DNA of 64,000 nucleotides from Candidatus Poribacteria bacterium (GCA_965219695.1 CBDCOJ010000016.1:32360-96359); one strand, 5' to 3'; shown: positions 54,206 to 64,000, counted from the first letter of the stretch. The notes: generated from the sequence alone by a model not told the origin. Translations and numbers: made by a program.

Positions 54206-54235
54206 GATGCGGTTAGGAAACCGCATCTACCGAGG
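54206..54235. repeat. HP-2 hairpin repeat
   Basis: gatgcggttaggaaaccgcatctaccgag. Confidence 0.8.
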
Positions 54236-54558
54236 AGTATCCATATATTTTGGTTTTAATTTGTTAAAAAAGAGCAATTTATATGCCAACTTCAAAGCAG
54301 GAATATACTGATTTGCTGCACAAGAATGTACATCTTCTGTTTGAATTGGCACAATATGGGGCATGATAAAAGGAATGTGTGTTGGTTAAATTCTGGATTA
54401 TAGGATTACACAGATTGCATTGTGTACGTACAAGATTAAAATGAGACGAGGCAAATTGGGAAAACGGTAAAAAATTAGATGACATGAACTCTAAAATTTT
54501 GGTATAATTCGCACATGTAAGAATAAAAGAACAATGGTTTTTTACCCAAGGATAAAAA

Positions 54559-55386
54559 ATGAAATTTAAACGCGAAGAAATTTTAGAAGAATTACGAAAC
54601 AATATTGACGCAGGCAAACCCATCATTGGGGCAGGTGCTGGGACTGGTATATCTGCCAAATGTGAAGAAGCAGGCGGCATTGACTTGATAATCATATACA
54701 ATTCGGGCAGATTCCGGATGGCAGGCAGAGGTTCCCTTGCGGGCATGATGCCTTACGGGGACGCTAACCAGATTGTCGTTGAAATGGCAAGTGAAGTACT
54801 TCCTGTTATCAAAAATACGCCTGTTCTTGCAGGTGTTTGCGGTACTGACCCGTTTCGCTTGATGGATATATTTTTAGGTCAAATAGATGCTATAGGGTTT
54901 TCAGGAGTGCAGAACTTTCCTACAGTAGGACTGATTGATGGCACATTCCGTCAACTTCTTGAGGAAACTGATATGGGATACGGACCTGAAGTAGAGATGA
55001 TTCGGACAGCACATCAGATGGGGCTGCTTACTACACCGTATGCATTCAATGAAACCGAGGCGGAACAGATGGCAGATGCAGGCGCGGATATTCTCGTCGC
55101 ACACATGGGATTGACGACGAAAGGCTCTATCGGCGCAAAAACTGCTTTTACGCTTGAAGATGCTGCAAAACGTGTGCAAGCCATTCATGATGCTGCGAAA
55201 GGCGTTAATTCTGAAATCCTCGTAATTTGTCACGGTGGTCCAATCGCCGAACCTGAAGATGCTACTTATGTTTTAGAAAATACCAAAGGTGTTGTCGGAT
55301 TCTACGGTGCATCAAGTGCTGAACGGCTACCGACAGAACGCGCGATTACCGCACAAATTGAGGCTTTTAAGAAAATACGGTTATAG
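54559..55386 (+). CDS. TIM-barrel signal-transduction / PEP-hydrolase-like protein
   Basis: 275 aa with [45 protein letters not shown], typical of the TIM-br_sig_trns family. Confidence 0.75.
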   Translation: MKFKREEILEELRNNIDAGKPIIGAGAGTGISAKCEEAGGIDLIIIYNSGRFRMAGRGSLAGMMPYGDANQIVVEMASEVLPVIKNTPVLAGVCGTDPFRLMDIFLGQIDAIGFSGVQNFPTVGLIDGTFRQLLEETDMGYGPEVEMIRTAHQMGLLTTPYAFNETEAEQMADAGADILVAHMGLTTKGSIGAKTAFTLEDAAKRVQAIHDAAKGVNSEILVICHGGPIAEPEDATYVLENTKGVVGFYGASSAERLPTERAITAQIEAFKKIRL

Positions 55387-55456
55387 AATTATCCGAAAAA
55401 TGTTGTTTCAAAGGTATAGGATTTTCCTGAATATCTTAGCAAAGGAGATTATAACT

Positions 55457-56260
55457 ATGACTGATGAAGAAAAATTTAGATTTGATTTAACCGGATTTCT
55501 TGTGCGTCCAGCTATTCTAAGTAAAGACGAAGTGGATGCAATCGTTGATCAGCTTGATAGGATACGTCATAATCCAGAATCGTTACCGCCAGAACATCGC
55601 GCTGTTCCAGGTGGTGCTTCAAGTGTTCTTATTGATCACCCGAAGGTGGTTGATGTGTTGCATCAAATCATCGGTCCCGATGTGCGAATGGAGAGCACTT
55701 TTTTTGTGTGGCGCGAAAAAGGACAGGAACACGGTGGACTCCACGGAGGAGGTCCGCGTCAAGCAGATCCTATTTTTGGGTATCGTGTAAATAATGGTAG
55801 GATTCATGCCGGTATGGTGCGCGTCGTCTTTGAACTCACAGATATTTCTAAAGACGATGGTGCTACCCATTTCATCGTTGGTAGTCATAAATCAAACTTC
55901 CCAATGCATCCAGATCACATGTCGTTAGAAGAAGGAAAGCGAAGTCCTTACTTAATGACTTATGAATGTCCTGCTGGTAGTGCTATATTCTTCACAGAAA
56001 ATCTCTGCCATGCTGGACCTGTATGGCAACGTGAAACCCCACGTATCGCGATTCTAAATGCTTATGCACATCTCGCAACGCACTGGCACCGTCTTCGTAT
56101 TCCGCCAGAGGTGCTGAATGGACTCCCACGAGAAAAACAGGCATATTTCCGTGAACCGTGGATAGCCGATTTCCGGACAAGTCCTGCTACGCATAATACA
56201 ATAGATCGTTTTATTGAAAAGGACGACGAACCTCCTATTAACACGAACCATAGTCCGTGA
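55457..56260 (+). CDS. Phytanoyl-CoA dioxygenase (PhyH) family protein
   Basis: ATG 55457 follows aaaggag. Motifs: FDLTGFLVRPAILSKDEVD, GGLHGG and a C-terminal His (CHAG). Confidence 0.7.
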   Translation: MTDEEKFRFDLTGFLVRPAILSKDEVDAIVDQLDRIRHNPESLPPEHRAVPGGASSVLIDHPKVVDVLHQIIGPDVRMESTFFVWREKGQEHGGLHGGGPRQADPIFGYRVNNGRIHAGMVRVVFELTDISKDDGATHFIVGSHKSNFPMHPDHMSLEEGKRSPYLMTYECPAGSAIFFTENLCHAGPVWQRETPRIAILNAYAHLATHWHRLRIPPEVLNGLPREKQAYFREPWIADFRTSPATHNTIDRFIEKDDEPPINTNHSP

Positions 56261-56416
56261 AATACGTTTTTTGTTTAAGCTGAATCCTGATATCCCTTTT
56301 CAATTCGCCTAATTTGTGGTAAACTACCATCGCGTGTGTAGAATATAGTTGGGTTCAATAAAACTCAGGCATTCCAGAGGTCAATTGGAAAACAGAAGTG
56401 TGGTTCTGGGTAGATA

Positions 56417-57535
56417 ATGGCACATATTAAACTACAAAATATAATAAAACGATTTGGCGATGTTGTCGCTGTCAAAGATTTTAATTTGGAAGTTGAAGAT
56501 AAGGAGTTTGTGGTTTTCTTAGGTCCGTCAGGTTGTGGGAAAACGACGACGCTACGATTAATCGCTGGGTTGGAACATCCTGACGAAGGCGAAATTCTAA
56601 TTGATGGACATATCGTCAACGATTTGTCCCCAGCGGACCGGGACATCGCATTCGTATTTCAATTCTATGCGTTGTATCCCCATCTGAGTGTATACGATAA
56701 CATTGCTTTTCCACTAAAAGCGGTGAAGGTTGAAAAGCCGGAAGTTGAAGATCGGGTAAAAAAGGTTGCAGAAATTTTGCAGCTCACTGACATTTTAAAT
56801 CGAAAACCGAGTGTGTTGAGCGGAGGTGAGATGCAACGCGTTGCACTTGGGCGTGCGATGGTTCGGCAACCGAAAGTCTACCTGCTTGATGAACCGATGG
56901 CGAATTTAGACGCGAAACTCCGAATTGATACGCGAGCAGAAATTAAACGTCTCCAACATGGAATCGGAGCTACCACTATTTTTGTGACACATGACCAGGT
57001 CGAAGCGATGTCTCTCGCTGACCGGATAGCAGTAATTCATCGAGGTGTACTTCAGCAAATCGGCACACCCCATGAGGTGTATAACAAACCGAAAAGCCTT
57101 TTCGTTGCTGGATTTATGGGTATGCCAGCCATGAATCTACTTGATGTTGAACTAACCTCTCGTGAAGGCAAACCAGCATTGCAACTAAGTCATACCGATG
57201 TGCAGTTAGAACTTTCCCCTTGGCAGCAATCTAACCTAAACGCAAATACTCAGCAAAACGATTGTATCTTAGGCATCCGACCTGAGCATATTACTGCATC
57301 AAGAGAACCAGTCGGACGCAAAATTGCTGCGGATGTTCATCTGATTGAGCCCCTTGGTTCTGTCAATATCCTTGACCTAATGCTCGGAACACATCAAGAG
57401 ACACAAGAACCTATTCTTCTCCGAGTGAGAACACATCCTACATTTAATGCTGATATTGGAGAGACTATCTGGTTGGATTTTGATGAAGATCAGATGCATC
57501 TATTTGACAGAAAAACAGAACAGGCAATTTGGTAA
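56417..57535 (+). CDS. ABC transporter ATP-binding protein, MalK/UgpC/MsiK-like
   Basis: Walker A is GPSGCGKTT, the signature is LSGGEMQRVALGRA and Walker B is VYLLDEP. A C-terminal TOBE-like regulatory domain follows. No permease or binding protein is adjacent. Confidence 0.9.
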   Translation: MAHIKLQNIIKRFGDVVAVKDFNLEVEDKEFVVFLGPSGCGKTTTLRLIAGLEHPDEGEILIDGHIVNDLSPADRDIAFVFQFYALYPHLSVYDNIAFPLKAVKVEKPEVEDRVKKVAEILQLTDILNRKPSVLSGGEMQRVALGRAMVRQPKVYLLDEPMANLDAKLRIDTRAEIKRLQHGIGATTIFVTHDQVEAMSLADRIAVIHRGVLQQIGTPHEVYNKPKSLFVAGFMGMPAMNLLDVELTSREGKPALQLSHTDVQLELSPWQQSNLNANTQQNDCILGIRPEHITASREPVGRKIAADVHLIEPLGSVNILDLMLGTHQETQEPILLRVRTHPTFNADIGETIWLDFDEDQMHLFDRKTEQAIW

Positions 57536-57566
57536 AATCCTTGATTTTTGATGGGAAAAAACAGAT

Positions 57567-58367
57567 ATGAAAATACCTTGCCGTTTGGCAGCTTTTGATT
57601 TAGACGGAACACTGTTGAATAGTGATCACGATTTGTCACCTGAGAATTGTGAGGCACTCCAGCAACTTATGGCGAACGAAGTTCTTGTTGTGTTAGTATC
57701 TGGTAGGATGCACCGATCTATGCAACCTATCAGTGATCAGATTGGATTGAAAAATCCAATTATTTCGTATAATGGAGCGATGGTAAAGCATGCAATTTCT
57801 GGTGAGGTTTATCATCATACGCCAGTTCCAGCAGACTTTGCAATGGCAATAGTTGACGATTGCATGGAACAAGATTTGCATCTCAATTTTTGCTTGAACG
57901 ATGAACTGTTTATAGCGGAAAAGAACGAGTGGAGTGAACTTTATGAATCTCGAACGGGCGTTCCTGCTACCCCTGTAGGTGATCTTCGGCAGTTAGCAGG
58001 CAAAACGCCAACAAAATTGCTTATCATTCATCCGCCAGAAAAATTACCTGCGGTTTTGAACAGTTTCAAATCACAATATGAAGATAAATTATATGTAACG
58101 CAGACACAACCTGAGTATATCGAATTTATGAATCCAGATGTAACCAAAGGTCGGGCATTGACGGCACTTGCCAAACGTTGCGAGATTCCAATAGAATCAG
58201 TTGTCGCATTTGGTGATAGCTACAACGACGAAAGCTTGCTCAAAACGGCAGGATTTGGCATAGCGATGGAGAACGCAGTTGCCCCGATTAAAGCCTGTGC
58301 GGATCACATCACTGCGACCAACGATGAAAACGGTGTCGCCAAAGCAATCTGGAAGTTAATTCTTTAA
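57567..58367 (+). CDS. Cof-type HAD-IIB phosphatase
   Basis: Motif I is AFDLDGTLL, motif II is SGR and motif IV is GDSYNDESL. Confidence 0.85.
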   Translation: MKIPCRLAAFDLDGTLLNSDHDLSPENCEALQQLMANEVLVVLVSGRMHRSMQPISDQIGLKNPIISYNGAMVKHAISGEVYHHTPVPADFAMAIVDDCMEQDLHLNFCLNDELFIAEKNEWSELYESRTGVPATPVGDLRQLAGKTPTKLLIIHPPEKLPAVLNSFKSQYEDKLYVTQTQPEYIEFMNPDVTKGRALTALAKRCEIPIESVVAFGDSYNDESLLKTAGFGIAMENAVAPIKACADHITATNDENGVAKAIWKLIL

Positions 58368-58407
58368 TACGAGAAAAGGATTACAATTCTAAAAAACAAC
58401 TACGAAG

Positions 58408-58665
58408 TTAACGAAGTTTTTTAGATTGATTATACGGAAAATCTGCCATCAGCACGTAGGAATCACCATCACGTTTTAAGGACATCTTGACAGAGTTCAT
58501 TGTAAATTCAAAGTATTTCGCCAACACTTCAGTTAATTCAAACTGTAGTTTCTTCATGGAATCCTCGCTCACCTCAAACCGATCTTGTGTGAGAATGAGT
58601 TGTAAGCGTTGCGTAGCAATATTGCTCGATTTCGATTTACGAGTAAATAAACTTCTAAAATCCAT
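58408..58665 (-). CDS. minE: Cell division topological specificity factor MinE
   Basis: 85 aa: A..RLQLIL..DR followed by a C-terminal alpha/beta domain. Directly downstream of minD. Confidence 0.85.
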   Translation of the reverse strand: MDFRSLFTRKSKSSNIATQRLQLILTQDRFEVSEDSMKKLQFELTEVLAKYFEFTMNSVKMSLKRDGDSYVLMADFPYNQSKKLR

Positions 58666-58673
58666 AGTATCCT

Positions 58674-59468
58674 CTACTTATTTCTTGAAAACCAATTGAG
58701 AATATTAGAAAAAAAATTGTCATCTCGCATTTCAGGTATTGGGATGCGTTGTCCAGTCATTCGCCGTGCTATCCGTATATATGCTTCAGCGCCGGGAGAC
58801 CCGTCGTTATGAACAAGGGGAACACCGCGATTTGTAGATGCGATGACACCAGTATCTTCAGGGACAACACCGAGAAGATCGATGTTCAGAATGTCTAAAA
58901 CATCATTCTTACTAATCATATTTCCTTTCTTAACAAGTGTTGGCGATAATCTATTTAGTATAAGGTTGATTGAATCAATTCCTTGGTGTTGCAAAAGTCC
59001 GATAATGCGGTCTGCATCTCGGATGGCTGATACGTCGGGGGTCGTGATAATGATAGCCTCATCTGCCCCAGCGGCAGCGTTGTGAAATCCTTGTTCTATC
59101 CCTGCAGGAGAGTCAACAAGAACAAATTCATATTCTTGTTTTAGTTTTTCACAAACTTCCTGCATCTGCTCAGGCTTAATATCATCTTTTCTGTTCCGTT
59201 GTGAAGCAGCAAGGAGCATCAAATCTTCAACGCGTCGGTCTTTTACAAGGGCTTTATCAAGATCGCATCGCTTTTCAATGACATCCATAGAAGTATAAAC
59301 GACTCTACTCTCTAAACCCATTACGACATCAAGGTTCCGCAATCCAACGTCAGCATCTACCACCACCACCGTTTTACCGATCATCGCTAATGCCGTGCCA
59401 AGGTTTGCTGTTGATGTCGTTTTACCGACTCCCCCCTTTCCAGATGTAATCACGATAACCTTACCCAT
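58674..59468 (-). CDS. minD: Septum site-determining ATPase MinD
   Basis: Deviant Walker A is SGKGGVGKTT. It also has DADVGLRNLD and a C-terminal amphipathic helix. Confidence 0.95.
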   Translation of the reverse strand: MGKVIVITSGKGGVGKTTSTANLGTALAMIGKTVVVVDADVGLRNLDVVMGLESRVVYTSMDVIEKRCDLDKALVKDRRVEDLMLLAASQRNRKDDIKPEQMQEVCEKLKQEYEFVLVDSPAGIEQGFHNAAAGADEAIIITTPDVSAIRDADRIIGLLQHQGIDSINLILNRLSPTLVKKGNMISKNDVLDILNIDLLGVVPEDTGVIASTNRGVPLVHNDGSPGAEAYIRIARRMTGQRIPIPEMRDDNFFSNILNWFSRNK

Positions 59469-59484
59469 AATAACCTTCCTTCAT

Positions 59485-60162
59485 TTAGAATTTAATAAAT
59501 TCCTCCACGATGATAATATCTTCAGCACCGACGCGAGCAATTTCGGGATATCCTCTCGGTTTTTGACCAACTGGTGGACGATTTACATAAGTACCGATTT
59601 GGAGTTGAAGCGGTACCAACTCCATAGCAATAATAACCGAGGTAAGTCTCCCGTGAGCCCCCGCATGGGCGTTGCCACGTAAGGTGCCGAGTACTATTAT
59701 ATCTCCGGCAGCGACAACTTCACCTCCCGGATTAACATCTCCATATATAATCATACTTCCAGCTAAACAAGATGTTGTTTGCCCAGACCGAATTGTTTGA
59801 TGTACGATTTGAGCATGTTCGAAATCCGGATGATTTTCGGCAGCCAAACCCTGTGAAATACTATGCGTTGCAGGGGCTGCCAAGATTGGGGATTCATTCT
59901 TTTCATCAAAAACATTAACACCACTGACAACAAGATTATATTTTTCTGTCAGATGTGTTTCTAAATTATTCAGATCTTCGGATGTAAATATGGGCGGCCT
60001 CATATCAATATGAATAGAAGTACCCGCTAACTGTTGATTCATTTCACCCAGTAACTCTTGAATCGCCGTTTCAATCTCAGGAAGCGAGACTTTCGGATTG
60101 ATAATCAGATGCAAACCATCCTTATATCCTCTGAGTTTCACGATTGAATTTTCCATATTCAC
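59485..60162 (-). CDS. minC: Septum site-determining protein MinC
   Basis: The C-terminal beta-helix reads IIYGDVNPGGEVVAAGDIIVLGTLRGNAHAG. Upstream of minD. Confidence 0.85.
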   Translation of the reverse strand: MNMENSIVKLRGYKDGLHLIINPKVSLPEIETAIQELLGEMNQQLAGTSIHIDMRPPIFTSEDLNNLETHLTEKYNLVVSGVNVFDEKNESPILAAPATHSISQGLAAENHPDFEHAQIVHQTIRSGQTTSCLAGSMIIYGDVNPGGEVVAAGDIIVLGTLRGNAHAGAHGRLTSVIIAMELVPLQLQIGTYVNRPPVGQKPRGYPEIARVGAEDIIIVEEFIKF

Positions 60163-60234
60163 TACACACGAACTATCTTAATTTACGAGGCATTGTCTCA
60201 TGGTGGAGTTAAAAGTGCAAATTATGACAATGTA

Positions 60235-61518
60235 TTATGAAACAGCACCTTCAACTTTAGCTAAGACGTACGGTCCTTCAGGGATCGCTGCTATCTGGAC
60301 ATCCTCTCCATGACGTGTTAAAAATTCTTCAATTCCTTCTTGTGGACTCTTTAACGGCTGTACAAACAGTTTTGATCTTTGTTGATACGGGATACCGTCT
60401 GTATAAAAATAGATATCGGCTTTACGAGCGACTTTAGCCAATTCTTCCAATTGCCACTGATCAATGACAAAATTAGCCGGATTGTAAAGTCCCTGAACAA
60501 AAGCAGTCAGATCATCGGTTTTAAATAATAGATCGGTAAAAGGTTTGCTACCAATACCCTCACTACACGCAGCTACAAGGAGAATACTACCACCCTGTTT
60601 GACGATTTCTACCGCAGTGAGTAAACCCTTTATCGCTTGGTAGAATGTAGTGTCCAAAGGATACCCAGCACTGGAAACTACAACCGCATCAACAGGCTCC
60701 GATAGTGTAACCTTAGCGTTTTTTTCTACAAATTTTGCACCAGTAAGATGAGACTCAACAAGGTCTCCAGCAAAAACACCGGTAATCTGTCTCTGTTTGT
60801 CAATTGCAACATTAAGGCTAAAGTCAACACCCGCCATCAGCGCGATCTCAGTTGCTTCCATGTGAAACGGATTTCCATCCAAGATACCGACTGCAGACTT
60901 AGGGTGTTCCATTAGTTCAGGACCATGCATCACCTTCATCGTTTCAATAGAGGCAAGCCCTGGGCAGATTGCTTTTCTACCACCAGAATATCCTGCCATC
61001 AAGTGAGGTTCAATCAAACCTGTAATAATCTTCAGGTCTGCCGCGAGGTACGTCTTATTAATGTAAACTGGTGTGCCTTTGTGCGTCTCACCTAAATATG
61101 TGTGCGTCTCTGGCTTTTGAGAAAAATGGTTAACGATACGGTACGTGTCCATAATCGACCGACCAACCATTTCCTCAAGTTCTTTGCCTTCATTGGGACG
61201 GTGAATCCCTGTGGCGATGAGGATCGTAATCTCATCACGCGATATTCCAGCCTGTTCAAGCGTTTCAAGTATTGGAGGTAGAATCACTTGATTAGGCACA
61301 GGACGGGTTATATCGGAAATTACAATACACGCAGAGGCTCGCCCCTTAGCAACTTCTGCTAAGGACGGTGAAGCTGTTGGCTGTGAAATTGCTTGCCAAA
61401 CTGCTTTGTCAGCATCAGCTAATGGAACACTTGCTGCAGTTTCCAAAACTCCTGCCAGATTTTTGTCAGGGATCTCTACTGCAATTGTGTCGTGCCCATA
61501 TCTCATCTTGACTCGCAT
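60235..61518 (-). CDS. LarA-like (nickel-dependent lactate racemase family / DUF2088) protein
   Basis: 427 aa with SDITRPVPN, H.MAGYSGGRKAICPG and family-typical length. Confidence 0.75.
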   Translation of the reverse strand: MRVKMRYGHDTIAVEIPDKNLAGVLETAASVPLADADKAVWQAISQPTASPSLAEVAKGRASACIVISDITRPVPNQVILPPILETLEQAGISRDEITILIATGIHRPNEGKELEEMVGRSIMDTYRIVNHFSQKPETHTYLGETHKGTPVYINKTYLAADLKIITGLIEPHLMAGYSGGRKAICPGLASIETMKVMHGPELMEHPKSAVGILDGNPFHMEATEIALMAGVDFSLNVAIDKQRQITGVFAGDLVESHLTGAKFVEKNAKVTLSEPVDAVVVSSAGYPLDTTFYQAIKGLLTAVEIVKQGGSILLVAACSEGIGSKPFTDLLFKTDDLTAFVQGLYNPANFVIDQWQLEELAKVARKADIYFYTDGIPYQQRSKLFVQPLKSPQEGIEEFLTRHGEDVQIAAIPEGPYVLAKVEGAVS

Positions 61519-61730
61519 GACTGAATTTCCTTCAAATAAGTGACTGTTTAAATTGAAATAAATATGATGCCGTGTTTAAGTATATCGTGAAACTGCAAAA
61601 AATTAGAATGTGATTACAAATTTAGAGTGTAACATACCTGACATTAGATGTCAACTATTTTCATTGAGACGCAGGGTTATTTAGTTTTCGCTTTTTCTGT
61701 TATATTTTTCACATTTCAATATAACCATCT

Positions 61731-61852
61731 GTAGGGCGGGTAGAGCGAAGCGAAACCCGACAATCTTAGTATGAGAGTGTGATCCCGTCGGGTTTCGTTC
61801 ACTCAACCCGCTGAATGCCATAAAGGCATTCATAGCGTTGATTTGGACCTAC
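61731..61852. repeat. REP-variant inverted pair plus HP-1 hairpin
   Basis: gtagggcgggtagagcgaagcgaaacccgac ... gtcgggtttcgttcactcaacccgctgaatgccataaaggcattcatagcgttgatttggacctac. Confidence 0.8.
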
Positions 61853-61957
61853 AATATAAACCCTCGGTAAAATCTTTTAACCGATAATTCTTAAAACTAA
61901 ATAACCCTGATTGAGACGGGTATGTAAAGTTTTTGCAAAAATATGCAGATAAAACTT

Positions 61958-62114
61958 GTAGGAGCGATCTCCGAATCGCGAACTGTCGGGAATCCAAATC
62001 AAGAAATCAACGGTATGAATGACGTTTAGTCATTCACCCAAATCAACGCCACATGCCTGTTGGCATCTGTCGGGTATGAATGCGCGTATGGCATTCCCCG
62101 GAGTTCCCTCCTAC
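61958..62114. mobile_element. Modular REP-bounded MITE-like element (long form)
   Basis: Inverted copy of 36978-37113 with one additional hairpin module (about 62037-62075). Confidence 0.8.
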
Positions 62115-62276
62115 AAAGTATATTCGGGGTAATAACCAAAACTTTACACACCCCATTGAGACTTATTCGGTACTGACTTGAATTTTTTCACACTGCATGT
62201 TAGAATTTACATGTTTCCGGCAGAATCTACAAACTCTTGAGATGAAAATCTAACCCAAACGGAGAATCAAACGAAC

Positions 62277-62663
62277 ATGCAACGCATAGAAGTTACCACA
62301 AAACCTAACGGCGCTGGTCGCAATTGGCTTGAGGTCGGTTCTTTTGAAGTTGATGCGCTCGGTCGTAAACAGTGGGTCAAGAAAAACGTGCCATATCAAG
62401 AATCAAAACTCACTGTGGATAGACAGTATTCTGAACGTGGCGAAACGATTGATTGGATTGTACTTATTCCAGAAAACTACCCGCTTACGCTTATCAAAGT
62501 AACCTACGACCGTTTGAATCCAATGGACCTTGAAGTGCTTTGGGAACCAGGGACATCTAACCAAACAGAGGACTCTCGTGAAATTAAAAAGAAACGTGCT
62601 TTTGAACTTGCTGCTGGAAACGAAGAACTTATATCTCTATTGAAGGAACTTCTCACAGATTAA
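62277..62663 (+). CDS. Hypothetical protein
   Basis: 128-aa ORF with normal composition. No recognisable motif. Confidence 0.5.
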   Translation: MQRIEVTTKPNGAGRNWLEVGSFEVDALGRKQWVKKNVPYQESKLTVDRQYSERGETIDWIVLIPENYPLTLIKVTYDRLNPMDLEVLWEPGTSNQTEDSREIKKKRAFELAAGNEELISLLKELLTD

Positions 62664-62701
62664 TATTTGTGTTCTGCAAATGTGCAACAGAACTCTATCT
62701 C

Positions 62702-64000
62702 TCACCACCCATAACGACCTGGTCCCCACGGCTTTGTTATCAATTCTTGTTTTGCCATCACCATAGTTTTGCTTGGGACATCCTCGTATAGAATTACACC
62801 TGGGCCTACGACACTATAAGAACCGATTCGTCTGCCCGGCATTATTATTGCATTGACTCCTGTGCGGCAATAATCTCCCATGTAAGTGGCATTTGCGCCG
62901 TAAGTTGGTACTTCGTAGCGTCCTTCTACTTGAATTGGTGTATCACGGTCATCAAAGCGTAGTGTGCCACACACTGTGGCAGCCCCAATATCTGTCGCGC
63001 ATCCAAATACACCTGACATCTCACAGTAGTGATACAGATAAACTTTGTCAAACATGACACCGGACATTTCTGCACCGTGTCCTACGATGCACCGATTTCC
63101 GATGGCACTGCTCTGAATATCGCAATAATCGCTTATACGACAATGATCTCCGATGTATATGTTTCCGTGTAAAATTGCTCCATTTGTGATGTTGTTATTT
63201 GCTCCAGCTATAATTGTTCCGTTCACAACGACACGCGGACCAATAACTGTGTTTTCTCCTAATACTACGTGACCATTAATTTCAGCTGCATCGGAAACTT
63301 TAGCACCTGCTCCTATGTGGTTTTCATCAATCTGTTTTGTGAGGTAATCTACTAATCTGCGGTTTGCTTCTAAAACATGCCAAGGTTTATCAACATCAAC
63401 AAAAAAGTCGGTTGTTTCGACTGCTAACGCCTCTATTCCATCATCAATCATGATTTGGAGAGATTGTGCAACTTCAGACTCAGGTGGTGGCATTCCGCCA
63501 ACAGGGACTTGGGTGACGATTCCGGGGTTTCTTAATAAATAAGGCGTTGCTGTCGCTTTAAAAGCAAAGATTCCACATAGACGATGCGAACCACCTCGTG
63601 GATGTCCATAAATACCTGATAAACACCCGTTATCGGTTTTGGCACACAACCAGTTACTCGCGTCCTCATCGCCAAGCGGTTGAATTAACGCAGCTGCTTC
63701 TACATTCTGATTATGAAACGCGTTAACAAGGTTACGATAATTTTCAGAAGTGGTTACAGTATCACCATAAATTATGAGAAAATTTTCATCATTTAATGTT
63801 TTTAACGCAGTTAAAGCTGCATCTGCAGTGCCATCAAAAGTATGTTGGGTTAAAAATTTTACGTTTGGAATATCTGCAATTGCACCTCGGACCTGTTGCG
63901 CATAATGTCCGACCACAACTATGATTTGGTCTATTCCTATTTCAACGAGATTTTCAACTATGTGACGAATTATCGGTTTATTTGCGACAGGAATTGTGCA
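62702..64000 (-). CDS. Sugar-phosphate nucleotidyltransferase with C-terminal left-handed beta-helix (GlmU/GCD1-like); 5' end beyond window
   Basis: The frame stays open upstream of the track start. Minus-strand 64000-63917 reads CTIPVANKPIIRHIVENLVEIGIDQIIVV, an NTP-transferase N-domain. The C-terminus has hexapeptide repeats (GENTVIGPRVVVNGTIIAGANNNITNGAILHGNIYIGDHCRI). Confidence 0.8.
   Translation of the reverse strand, partial: CTIPVANKPIIRHIVENLVEIGIDQIIVVVGHYAQQVRGAIADIPNVKFLTQHTFDGTADAALTALKTLNDENFLIIYGDTVTTSENYRNLVNAFHNQNVEAAALIQPLGDEDASNWLCAKTDNGCLSGIYGHPRGGSHRLCGIFAFKATATPYLLRNPGIVTQVPVGGMPPPESEVAQSLQIMIDDGIEALAVETTDFFVDVDKPWHVLEANRRLVDYLTKQIDENHIGAGAKVSDAAEINGHVVLGENTVIGPRVVVNGTIIAGANNNITNGAILHGNIYIGDHCRISDYCDIQSSAIGNRCIVGHGAEMSGVMFDKVYLYHYCEMSGVFGCATDIGAATVCGTLRFDDRDTPIQVEGRYEVPTYGANATYMGDYCRTGVNAIIMPGRRIGSYSVVGPGVILYEDVPSKTMVMAKQELITKPWGPGRYGW

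Noticed and set aside
54279-54746. 155-aa minus-strand ORF
   Set aside because: It overlaps the well-supported start of the TIM-barrel gene (54559) and otherwise spans AT-rich intergenic sequence. Its composition is odd and it has no RBS.
55289-55456. N-terminal 56-aa extension of the PhyH ORF (track start 55289); similar long starts occur at 45611, 46857, 48662, 25646 and 41093
   Set aside because: The extensions overlap the preceding gene or lack an RBS. Internal ATG/GTG codons with AGGAG-type sites at proper spacing were preferred.
56417-57535. ABC importer operon
   Set aside because: Only the ATPase is present, with no permease or solute-binding gene on either side. It is reported as a stand-alone MsiK-like ATPase, not as a transport system.

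Overview
This 64-kb chromosomal window comes from a Gram-negative-type bacterium. The gene content (secreted WD40 arrays, LamG, C-type lectin, FGE/sulfatase-like, PhyH, T9SS-tail proteins) resembles uncultivated Poribacteria/FCB-PVC-like lineages, but that placement is inference only. Housekeeping backbone: PH-like/NfeD/flotillin operon, smpB-ssrA, hflX, tRNA-Leu(CAA), an M24 peptidase, a MalK-like ABC ATPase, a Cof hydrolase, minCDE, a LarA-like gene and a sugar nucleotidyltransferase. Accessory content: (i) three secreted LolA/RseB-like paralogs followed by an ECF sigma factor fused in one ORF to a TM helix and a BNR/Asp-box propeller. (ii) An orphan beta-class DNA methyltransferase next to a 0.9-kb G-poor gene desert. 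(iii) A roughly 20-kb segment bracketed by two inverted IS982-like copies, one of them frameshifted. It carries two LamG genes, two tandem peroxiredoxin-like lipoprotein genes, a TAT-DUF362 gene, four tandem secreted WD40 genes (two intact, two decaying), Dabb, a sulfatase-like gene, higBA and two C-type-lectin genes. (iv) A frameshifted WD40-cohesin-dockerin-T9SS gene. The strongest finding is that both peroxiredoxin-like genes carry an in-frame TGA at the first Cys of the CxxC redox motif. Each TGA is followed at the same offset by a conserved hairpin, so they are candidate UxxC selenoproteins that ORF callers split in two. The second main finding is the repeat content: at least five interrelated palindromic REP/MITE-like families fill almost every intergenic gap, build nested modular elements, supply two stop codons and sit once inside a reading frame. 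All functional calls rest on motif recognition by eye. No database search was run.
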